Shown here piece after piece: positions 56,444-64,000 of a DNA stretch of 64,000 nt. Every line of letters begins with the position of its first letter. Position 1 is the first letter of the stretch. The DNA is from Thermoplasmata archaeon (lineage in GTDB: Archaea; Thermoplasmatota; Thermoplasmata; Thermoplasmatales; ARK-15): positions 1,210-65,209 of the forward strand of contig JBMFWH010000002.1 in NCBI GenBank assembly GCA_049965455.1. The letters are read 5' to 3'. Made by a program: the position numbers and the translations under genes. The notes under the pieces were generated by a model. It saw only the letters and a program-made list of their open reading frames with translations, was not told the origin of the DNA and did no database searches.

Positions 56444-57613
56444 ATGAATGTAAAAGCAATAGTTACAGTAACAGTAGTTATTTCGCTGATCTTAGGCTTT
56501 ATGGCAGGATTTGAGTACAGCGCTATTTCTTCACCCGCACCGACAAAACAGGGGATAACAGTAATTGCTGCTGGCTCTCTAGGATATGCTTTTAGAGATA
56601 TTGGACAAAACTGGTCTGCGCTCTATCCGAACAACCCAATACTCTCAGCAGGGGGTATATTTATGGGTAGCGTTAAGGCTGCAGATCAGATCGCAGAGCT
56701 GGGGCAGAAATATGATGTGTTTGCATCCGCGGCTTCAGACGTGATTCCAATGGTACTATCTCCTACATATGCCTCTTGGATGATCGTTTTTGCAACAAAC
56801 GAAATTTCCATATTATATGAGCAAAATTCTACTGCAAAAATATCCATTAACAACCAGACTTATTTCACAAATCAAATCAACTCAAGTAACTGGTGGATGT
56901 TTGTCACCGCCCCTGGAGTTACAATTGGAGTAAGCAATGGTAGTACTGACCCTGCAGGCTTCCAAGCTATTCAAGCAATGAAATTGGCAGGTATATACTT
57001 GGTCCAAAATGATAATCTTGCATATAACAATTGGTTCCATAATGTTCTGGGATATCCAATGAACGATACAAATGCTATTTTTGAACAAATATGGATTCAC
57101 AAGTCCCAGTCAAATGAGCTGAGACCTGTTGGTATCGAAGCTAGCTTGGATTCAATGATCGCCACTGGCGCGCCTTATTATGGTATTTCATACAGGAGCC
57201 TTGCTAAATCATATGGGTTAGGTTTTGTAGAACTTCCTTGGCAGGTTAACTTAGGATCTATAAACAGCACTGCGGTAAACTATTATGCACAGGTAAACAG
57301 CAGCGGCGCTCCACTTTTATTAAGCGGCAGTACCTCTGAAGCTAACAGTCCGGCCGGTCCGATATTTTATGCAGTTACTATCCCAAAAAATGCACCAAAT
57401 CCTAGCCTGGCATTAGACTATGTCGTGTTGCTTCTTAGCCAGATAGGCCAGCAAATATTTAAAAATACATATTTTGATCCAATACCGGTCCCATATGCTG
57501 TACCATTCTCTGGCGGCAGTATACCCGCTCAGCTGCAACCATTTACAGAAACTCTGCCACCATATTTACAATCCGGATCTGGCAATACTGCTATAATGGG
57601 TGGCTCTTCATGA
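56444..57613 (+). CDS. membrane-anchored ABC substrate-binding protein (molybdate/tungstate/sulfate-type, tentative)
   Basis: N-terminal TM anchor. VIAAGSLGYAF...GSVKAADQI...YDVFASAA resembles the ModA/WtpA pattern. It is convergent with the ABC ATPase/permease pair. Confidence 0.5.
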   Translation: MNVKAIVTVTVVISLILGFMAGFEYSAISSPAPTKQGITVIAAGSLGYAFRDIGQNWSALYPNNPILSAGGIFMGSVKAADQIAELGQKYDVFASAASDVIPMVLSPTYASWMIVFATNEISILYEQNSTAKISINNQTYFTNQINSSNWWMFVTAPGVTIGVSNGSTDPAGFQAIQAMKLAGIYLVQNDNLAYNNWFHNVLGYPMNDTNAIFEQIWIHKSQSNELRPVGIEASLDSMIATGAPYYGISYRSLAKSYGLGFVELPWQVNLGSINSTAVNYYAQVNSSGAPLLLSGSTSEANSPAGPIFYAVTIPKNAPNPSLALDYVVLLLSQIGQQIFKNTYFDPIPVPYAVPFSGGSIPAQLQPFTETLPPYLQSGSGNTAIMGGSS

Positions 57614-58567
57614 TATTTTTGTAAATTTTTTTATTTTTATTTTTATAATATCTTTTGAAATAGTTATATTCTCAGTTGTTTTTATTTCTACTTTTTCACT
57701 AAATAAGTAACCTAAAATCATAAAGCTTTTCCCTATTTTTATAATTTGCTCTACTTCAACTTCAAACCCGTCTTCACTTAATATCACATCCTCGGACCTG
57801 AATGCTATAATGTCATTTTCTCCAAGTCCTAACCTTTTGTTTAGTTCCTGATTTTTAACTATGTTATTCAACCCCATAAATTTAGCTATAAACTCATTAT
57901 TTGGCTTTGAAATTATACTATTATAATCCCCGACCTGCACTAATTTACCGCTGTTAAATACTCCGATCCTGTCGGCTAAATCTATTGCCTGAGCAGGTTC
58001 ATGTGTAACGTGGATAGTCGTAAGACCGTATTCTTTATGTATCCTCTTTAGCTCATATGTAAATTTCTCTTTTATGTTTAAGTCCAGGCCGGTTAATGGC
58101 TCGTCCAACAACAGTAATTTGGGTTCTATTGCCAAAGCTCGCGCAATCGCAACTTTTTGCTTTTCACCACCACTAAGCACTTCTGGCCTTTTATACAGTA
58201 ACTTTTCAAGATCCAATGTTTTGATAAGTGGCGCAATTTTTTTTTCTGCCTCTGCTTTATATATGCCTCTAACTCTCAATCCAAAAGTAATGTTGTCTTT
58301 CACACTCATATTATTAAACAGTGAATATTCCTGTGGCACATACCCTATATGCCTTAGTTCAGGTGACTTAAAAGTGATCTCTTCCCCATCCAAAAATATG
58401 TGCCCTTTATCAGGGCGGTATGCCCCTGCTATTATATCTAAAAATAAGCTTTTTCCTGCACCTGTGGGGCCTAACAATATGAAATATTCATTATCCTGTA
58501 TCTTTATATTTACGTCAGCGATTGTCAACGTTGGCACGCTCAGAGATATGTCTTCAATCCTAATCAT
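57608..58567 (-). CDS. ABC transporter ATP-binding protein with C-terminal TOBE-like domain
   Basis: GPTGAGKS (Walker A), LSGGEKQKVAIARAL (signature) and LLLDEP (Walker B). Confidence 0.88.
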   Translation of the reverse strand: MIRIEDISLSVPTLTIADVNIKIQDNEYFILLGPTGAGKSLFLDIIAGAYRPDKGHIFLDGEEITFKSPELRHIGYVPQEYSLFNNMSVKDNITFGLRVRGIYKAEAEKKIAPLIKTLDLEKLLYKRPEVLSGGEKQKVAIARALAIEPKLLLLDEPLTGLDLNIKEKFTYELKRIHKEYGLTTIHVTHEPAQAIDLADRIGVFNSGKLVQVGDYNSIISKPNNEFIAKFMGLNNIVKNQELNKRLGLGENDIIAFRSEDVILSEDGFEVEVEQIIKIGKSFMILGYLFSEKVEIKTTENITISKDIIKIKIKKFTKIS

Positions 58568-59418
58568 CTTTCAACTCCTGGCACATAAAATATTTTATGT
58601 TGCCCCTGTACAACCTTCAATACTATAAAAATCACAATCGATATTATTATCAATACTGAAGATAGACCAACCGCACCCGTCAACCCCGTAACTTCAAACT
58701 GGTTGTATACCTGTACTCCTGCAATTTCCTGGTACTCTGGCAGTATATAAGGTGCCACAATCAGTATGGCTCCTACTTCACTCATTGCCCTTCCCCAGCT
58801 CAGTATAGTTCCCGTAAGAATGCTTCTGGCTGTCTGGGGAATCATTACCTTGGAAATAACTTGCCACTGTGATGCGCCAAGTGTTCTGGCAACTAGCTCT
58901 ATTCTTGGATCTATGCTTTTTATTGCTTCTTCCATAGTTTTAATGGCGTAAGTTCCACTGACAAATATGTACGCCATGACCACAGCTAACATATTATAGC
59001 CGAAGGATATATTAAAAATGTTCAGAAAAGTACCTCCTGGTTCAGCGGTTGCAAAAACCAGTAAAAGTGCGATTCCCACTACGCTATGCGGTATCATTAT
59101 AGGGACTTCGATAATTGAGTCCATTATCTTTTTCCCTGCAAATTTGTACCTTGCTAAGAGATACGCTAGTGGAAATCCAAATAATACCACTATTATGGAT
59201 GAGATGGTAGCACCTATAACCGTGATCTTAATAGAGTTCATGTTTGTTGCGGACATAAACTGGCTAAAAAGGTACTGCGGGGATACGTAAGTTATCAGCC
59301 TTATTATAGGGACCACAAAAAATAAGATTACTATTATGGATATGATCCATACAAAAACAGGGAAGGATTTACTATCTGATATGGTTCTTGGTATCTTTTT
59401 TCCGATATGCATAAACAT
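58564..59418 (-). CDS. ABC transporter permease (CysT/ModB-type)
   Basis: Six TM segments with an EAA-like loop (EEAIKSIDPRIELVARTLGAS). 4-nt overlap with the ATPase gene. Confidence 0.8.
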   Translation of the reverse strand: MFMHIGKKIPRTISDSKSFPVFVWIISIIVILFFVVPIIRLITYVSPQYLFSQFMSATNMNSIKITVIGATISSIIVVLFGFPLAYLLARYKFAGKKIMDSIIEVPIMIPHSVVGIALLLVFATAEPGGTFLNIFNISFGYNMLAVVMAYIFVSGTYAIKTMEEAIKSIDPRIELVARTLGASQWQVISKVMIPQTARSILTGTILSWGRAMSEVGAILIVAPYILPEYQEIAGVQVYNQFEVTGLTGAVGLSSVLIIISIVIFIVLKVVQGQHKIFYVPGVER

Positions 59419-59459
59419 ACATTATGATTCTCCCTATTAAAATTTTATTATGCGTATTT

Positions 59460-60146
59460 TTATGTTGTTTTTAAGCCTGAAATCTCTTCCACTTTATCCT
59501 CTTTCCCGATCAATAAAGTGTCTATAAAACCGATGAATAAGCCAACTTCTACTACGCCAGGAACATATTTTAGCTTTTTATATAATACCTCTGGGTTTTC
59601 AAAGTTAAGATTTTTACAATCTATAATATAATTTTTGTTGTCTGTCAGATATGTCTTGCCTGTAACTTTTCTAATCTCACAGATAGCCCCCATTCTTTCA
59701 ATGTTGTTAATGACAGACAGATATGAAAAAGGTATAACCTCAATAGGTAAAGGGTAGGTTCCGAGCCTGTTTTTTAGTTTGGATTCATCTATCACTATGA
59801 CCCTATACTTAGAATTGTAGGCCAGTACCTTTTCTCTCAATAGCGCTCCGCCACCGCCTTTGATCATATTTAATTTATTGTCAACCTCATCAGCGCTATC
59901 TATGTAAATATCAGATGTCTGGCCCTTAAACTTCAAGACTCTGATATTTGCCTGCTTTAATAATTCTTCAGATTTAGAAGAACTTGCAACTGTGTTAATT
60001 TTAAGGCCGTCATTTACTTTTTTTGCCAGCTCTTCGATGACAAACTTTACTGTAGACCCTGTCCCTATCCCAACTAAATATCCATCATTTATGTATTCTA
60101 CCGCTCTTCTAGCCGCCAATTGCTTTTCTATGTCCTGTAAATTCAT
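59460..60146 (-). CDS. rpiA: ribose-5-phosphate isomerase A
   Basis: GIGTGSTV, DSADEVD and KGGGGALLREK motifs. 228 aa. Confidence 0.92.
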   Translation of the reverse strand: MNLQDIEKQLAARRAVEYINDGYLVGIGTGSTVKFVIEELAKKVNDGLKINTVASSSKSEELLKQANIRVLKFKGQTSDIYIDSADEVDNKLNMIKGGGGALLREKVLAYNSKYRVIVIDESKLKNRLGTYPLPIEVIPFSYLSVINNIERMGAICEIRKVTGKTYLTDNKNYIIDCKNLNFENPEVLYKKLKYVPGVVEVGLFIGFIDTLLIGKEDKVEEISGLKTT

Positions 60147-60191
60147 GATTAAAAGATATATTCAATCAATTGATATAACTTTCCATTGGGA

Positions 60192-60365
60192 GTAACTAGT
60201 CACGATTATGAAACGGCAATATAAAAGAAAGTGCCTTTAATGCAATATATTTTTAATTTATTATTATTACAAAATAAAATATATTATCTATCCTTTAAAT
60301 TCGGTAAAAATTACGCATCATACTCGTTTTTATAAAAACTTAACTTCAGAATCGTGACCAGTTAC
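60192..60365 (+). mobile_element. MITE family 1, complete copy
   Basis: 8-bp TSD CATTGGGA at 60184-60191 and 60366-60373. Confidence 0.9.
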
Positions 60366-60396
60366 CATTGGGATCTTTTGTAAAAAATTGAGATAT

Positions 60397-60432
60397 TGCC
60401 TGAATAGTAAATTTTCTTAACGGCCGGCTTTT
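60397..60432 (+). repeat. 36-nt conserved motif, copy adjacent to the IS110-type gene
   Basis: TGCCTGAATAGTAAATTTTCTTAACGGCCGGCTTTT, followed by the hairpin GACACC-N12-GGTGTC and the transposase start. Confidence 0.7.
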
Positions 60433-60442
60433 TTGAGACACC

Positions 60443-61330
60443 ATGTCAGGCATTGGTGTCGCTAGGAGGATAAATATGAAATATACAAAAAACCATAACA
60501 AAAATATGAACGCACCTGCCGTTGGAATTGATATTGGAGAGAGTGAAAGCGTTGCTCACTTTGTCTCTGCTTCTGGAGACACTCTTGAGCATTTTAGCTT
60601 TAAGATGGATGATGCTGGATTCAATGAATTCAGAAGAAAGATACCTGTTAATGCAAGAATTGCATTTGAGGCATCTGGCCTTGCATATCCAGTCTTCAAA
60701 AAACTTAAGAACTTAGGATATGAAGATATTACGGTTGCACATCCTAAAGAGTTATCATGGATTATAAAATCGAAGAAGAATGATCATGTGGATAGTATTA
60801 AAATAGCTAAATTACATTTAGTTGACATGCTACCCAAATCAAATCTTCTGAGCCAAGAAGAGCAGATATTTAGGGACTTGCTAATACAGAGAGTTAAGAT
60901 TGGAAAACAGATATCAAACTTAAAGAACAGCATCATAGGATATCTTAAACGATAAGATCTGTTCAACAAATTACCTGAATAATAATTTCCGGGAAAGAGG
61001 AAAAAAGCGATAAAAGCGATAAAGTTTGGAGGCCAGAGAGACTTAGTAATAAAGACCATGATGGATCACATGGAATTCTTGGAGAACCAACAAAAACCGA
61101 TAGAAAAATAGATCAAGAAGATAGCAAGGGAGAATGACGATGTAAAGTTACTGATGACAATCAAGGGTGTTGATTATTATCTTGCATCTCTGCTCTCCTC
61201 CTATATAGGAGACATAACAAGGTTTGAGAGCAAAGATCGACTGGCAAGTTTCTTTGGAGTATTACGAGCCATTATTTGCAGACGCCGGAAGAAGCATTCT
61301 GGAGCAGATTACCGGAAGAATGCAAGCTAG
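60443..61330 (+). pseudogene. IS110-family (DEDD) transposase, N-terminal domain intact, C-terminal domain decayed
   Basis: N-terminus VGIDIGESESVA...AFEASGLAYP. After the stop at 60955, further frames give DDVKLLMTIKGVDYYLASLLSSYIGDITRFESKDRLASFFGV (the IS110 C-terminal domain) with stops and shifts and no intact end. Confidence 0.75.
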
Positions 61331-61441
61331 GAGTATTTTATGCATTGGTTGAAGGAGCTGAAAAAGATGAGAAAAAATAAAAATATGAGGAGCCTTTATA
61401 TAATCAAAGGATCTGGGACTATACATCCAGCACAAAATTCA

Positions 61442-61614
61442 GTAACTGGTTACGATTATGAAGAGGTAATTTAAAAGAAAGTGCCTTTAATACAATATAT
61501 TTTTAATATATTATTATTACAAAATAAATATATTATCTATCTTTTAAATATAGTGAAAATTACGCATAATACTAGCTTTTATGAGAACTTAACTTCAGAA
61601 TCGTGACCTATTAC
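61442..61614 (+). mobile_element. MITE family 1, complete copy
   Basis: 8-bp TSD AAAATTCA at 61434-61441 and 61615-61622. Confidence 0.9.
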
Positions 61615-61622
61615 AAAATTCA

Positions 61623-61634
61623 GAAATATTTAAA
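61623..61634 (+). promoter_or_regulatory. BRE/TATA-like element (GAAA-TATTTAAA) upstream of the 61671 ORF
   Basis: About 40 nt upstream of the ATG, with a GGAGG Shine-Dalgarno-like sequence in between. Confidence 0.35.
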
Positions 61635-61670
61635 TACTGAAAACTTATAAACATTTATTGGAGGATTTAT

Positions 61671-62117
61671 ATGATTAATCAACAAAACCAAATGCCAGAT
61701 AATCCACAACCATACCAACAGCCACAACCAATGCCTAATGCATATTACCCTCCAAGAGCTAGCATATCAGAAACACTATCTAAAGATAATATGATAGCTA
61801 TCTTAACTATATTAAGTGTATTTTTGATGTGGTTAGGATATCTATTAGAGATCGTAGGAGCAATACCTTCCAACACTGGTGCAACAAATGATACAATTAT
61901 AAGCTCTGGAGCAATAATTTTTGAATTAGGTGCATTTATGCTTGTACTAATGCTAATTCTAGTGGGACTTTTGCGATTTATATTCCCAGCATGGCAAAAA
62001 CATGAGGCAGACAGATGGGTCAGAGTTTTCCTAATATTGGCTGGTCTGGTAATAGTTGTGATAGCATTTTCATTCATAACATCATTTGGCACACTATCTG
62101 CGCTATTACATATATAA
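61671..62117 (+). CDS. hypothetical membrane protein with Pro/Gln-rich N-terminus
   Basis: QQNQMPDNPQPYQQPQPMPNAYYPP followed by four hydrophobic helices. Confidence 0.5.
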   Translation: MINQQNQMPDNPQPYQQPQPMPNAYYPPRASISETLSKDNMIAILTILSVFLMWLGYLLEIVGAIPSNTGATNDTIISSGAIIFELGAFMLVLMLILVGLLRFIFPAWQKHEADRWVRVFLILAGLVIVVIAFSFITSFGTLSALLHI

Positions 62118-62182
62118 ATTCCATTTTTTTATTTTTTATTCTTAAATTCTAAATGTTTCGGTAATATCTGATAGAACTATGG

Positions 62183-62326
62183 ATGAAAAATAGTGTTGAA
62201 GATTCCATGAAAGAATTTGTAGCTATCGAGATCAAGAAAATAGGTCATAATTATTATATTTACAAAGTTTCTAGTGCTTATAACAAAGAGAAAAAAAGAG
62301 CCAAAGTATGTAGGCTCTTAACATAG
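62183..62326 (+). other. 47-aa ORF, possible N-terminal stub of a mobile-element protein, ending 1 nt from the tRNA-Thr 3' end
   Basis: MKNSVEDSMKEFVAIEIKKIGHNYYIYKVSSAYNKEKKRAKVCRLLT. The IKK.G..YYIY.V.S.Y.KEKKR pattern resembles N-termini of some archaeal transposases, judged by pattern only. Confidence 0.25.
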
Positions 62327-62399
62327 AGCCACTGGAGGGATTTGAACCCTCGACCTACTGATTACGAATCAATCGCTCTTCCTGCTGAGCTACAGTGGC
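62327..62399 (-). tRNA. tRNA-Thr (anticodon CGT)
   Basis: Reverse complement reads GCCACTG-TA-GCTCAGCAGGAAGAGC-G-ATTGA-TTCGTAA-TCAGT-AGGTC-GAGGGTTCAAATCCCTC-CAGTGGC-T. Confidence 0.9.
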
Positions 62400-62403
62400 A
62401 AGA

Positions 62404-63171
62404 TTATTTGCTAATGAATGTTTCATACACATCTTCGTAGGTTGGCGGGATATTTGCCATATCCTGTAAATCTTTAGGTGGTACAAAAGCTTTTAGTTCT
62501 TCCTCTAAAGTACCGTCATCCTTTACCCCTATTTTGGATAATGCGTTTTCCGGGCTATATCTTTTTAGCAGATCCCTCAATTTTAACAGGAAAAGGTCCA
62601 GGTATTGTGGATCTAAAGCCAAATATGATATTTTAGATCCAAGTTTTTCAGATTGCTTGATTGTTTCATATATAAATCTGTGCTCGTAAATATTCAGTCT
62701 CAGTAATGATATATTTGGCCCCCAAACAGGCTCTTTCAACAGAAATAAAATTGCCCATCCAGCCCATGGGTCGGTGGTGGATATAAACTTTCTGCCTACT
62801 ACCAGATATTTTAATTTAATTAATAATACAGTAGGCTTGTTTCTTAAATCAATCTTTACATTTGGCGCCCCAAAAGGTGTATTGTATCCCAAAAAATAGT
62901 TTTCATAAAGCTTTGCACGAATTATCTTAGCGCCCTTAATTTTTTCAGAGCTGAAGCCAGGCCGGTATAAGCCTATGTATATAGAGACAAAAATTAATAT
63001 CAATCCAAATACCAGAAGGTCTGTTTTGATAGCTCCTGTTTTCAAGTTTAATGTGAGAAAAGATATTAGGATCATGAGAGCTCCCATTATCAAAAAGATA
63101 ATTGCTAGAACGGATTCAGAGAAGTATATAACACGGTAAAGCCATCTATCTATATATTTTCCTTTATTCAC
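62404..63171 (-). CDS. hypothetical membrane protein (N-terminal TM helices plus soluble C-terminal domain)
   Basis: Long clean ORF. No recognisable motif. Confidence 0.45.
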   Translation of the reverse strand: MNKGKYIDRWLYRVIYFSESVLAIIFLIMGALMILISFLTLNLKTGAIKTDLLVFGLILIFVSIYIGLYRPGFSSEKIKGAKIIRAKLYENYFLGYNTPFGAPNVKIDLRNKPTVLLIKLKYLVVGRKFISTTDPWAGWAILFLLKEPVWGPNISLLRLNIYEHRFIYETIKQSEKLGSKISYLALDPQYLDLFLLKLRDLLKRYSPENALSKIGVKDDGTLEEELKAFVPPKDLQDMANIPPTYEDVYETFISK

Positions 63172-63236
63172 GTTGAGAAGAATAGAATATACATATTTAT
63201 AATTTTAGAGAGTTTAAAAAATAAAAAAATAAAATA

Positions 63237-63428
63237 TTAAGCAACTGCTTTAACAGGTTCATTTACTTCGAAATCCTCATATAGTCCCAGATCGTAAAGT
63301 AGGTTCAGGATCTCCTGGATCTTGGTGTTGTACTCAGAGCCTGAGTTAAAATAGTCTATCTCCAGATCAGAAAAATTGTGCTCTTTCATCCAGATCTTTA
63401 CATCTTTTGGTATCTTATTAGCATACAT
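63237..63428 (-). CDS. hypothetical small acidic protein (63 aa)
   Basis: Clean ORF with a GGAGG-like sequence upstream (aaggaggtatgaaat on the coding strand). No family recognised. Confidence 0.4.
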   Translation of the reverse strand: MYANKIPKDVKIWMKEHNFSDLEIDYFNSGSEYNTKIQEILNLLYDLGLYEDFEVNEPVKAVA

Positions 63429-63554
63429 ATTTCATACCTCCTTATATTTATTGTCTGATTTATGTCTGACAATATTTAGATATATTTAACTAGTATATAA
63501 ACATTTTTACAAATTGCACTGTTTTTCAAAAATATATGAGAATATAAAAAATAT

Positions 63555-64000
63555 CTAGAATTTAAAAAGATCACTGATCTTCGCGCCTTTTTTTGCAATC
63601 GTAGGCAGTATGTCAAGAAATGCGAGTGCTGCGCCGGAAAACATCATTAAAAGGCTGACAATCGTAAATATGAGCCCACTGGTAAAAGTATTGAGAATCG
63701 TATGGTAATAATATGTTTGCTGGAACTGGATCGCGACATGCACTGTGTTATATGTGTAGATCATAATATTCAAACCGCCAATGAAGAATATTATTCCTAC
63801 TATTATTAAAATCAGACCAGTAAGGAGGTTTGAGTATCCCAGATTTCTCACACCTCTCCCTAATATCACGCCACCTATTATAGTGACTATTGTGAAAATT
63901 GCAAGTGGATACAGAGTGTATCCAAAATACCCTAAATAGACCAGTAAAAGTAAAATAAGTCCTACCAAAAGCACCAAAATCCCATAGATAAGATAATCAT
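63555..64000 (-). CDS. hypothetical polytopic membrane protein, 5' end probably beyond the window
   Basis: The frame stays open from the GTG at 63977 to the window end. It has four or more TM helices. Confidence 0.45.
   Translation of the reverse strand, partial: DYLIYGILVLLVGLILLLLVYLGYFGYTLYPLAIFTIVTIIGGVILGRGVRNLGYSNLLTGLILIIVGIIFFIGGLNIMIYTYNTVHVAIQFQQTYYYHTILNTFTSGLIFTIVSLLMMFSGAALAFLDILPTIAKKGAKISDLFKF

Noticed and set aside
60192-61614. MITE-IS110-MITE as a composite transposon.
   Set aside because: Each MITE carries its own different 8-bp duplication (CATTGGGA and AAAATTCA), so they inserted independently. There is no shared outer TSD.

Overview
AT-rich archaeal chromosomal segment. 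Gene content (Top6A/B, TBP, RFC small subunit, the psmA-sdo1-rrp4-rrp41-rrp42-rpl37ae-rpoP superoperon, PPDK, ADP-forming acetyl-CoA synthetase, archaeal NMNAT, UbiE/UbiD/UbiA) and codon style fit a Thermoplasmatales-like euryarchaeon; the family assignment is inference. Most of the window is densely packed housekeeping genes, many with 4-nt start/stop overlaps. It also holds 3 tRNAs (Ser-GGA, Asn-GTT, Thr-CGT). There is no rRNA and no CRISPR array. Mobile-DNA traces are abundant. These include a decayed IS200/IS605 (intact tnpA, broken tnpB) that truncates a glycosidase-like gene. A 1414-bp IS with perfect 18-bp inverted repeats carries a divergent 100-aa passenger ORF and a frameshifted YREK-type transposase. 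An IS110-family remnant is also present. Two non-coding MITE families (about 174 bp in 5 copies, and 194 bp in 2 copies) each show clean 8-bp target-site duplications and sit at the upstream edge of BRE/TATA-like promoter sequences. Leads I could not match to anything I know to be described: (i) a four-CBS protein whose C-terminal ~110 aa look like a bacterial HPF/RaiA ribosome-hibernation domain, inside a co-directional S2P / Zn-ribbon / TldD / PmbA string; (ii) three adjacent KaiC/RecA-like genes, one with an intact P-loop and two without; (iii) the promoter-edge targeting of the MITEs; (iv) a catalytically degenerate Hint (intein-like) ORF in a junk region next to tRNA-Ser. All functional calls come from reading the translated ORFs and recognising motifs. 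No database search was run.
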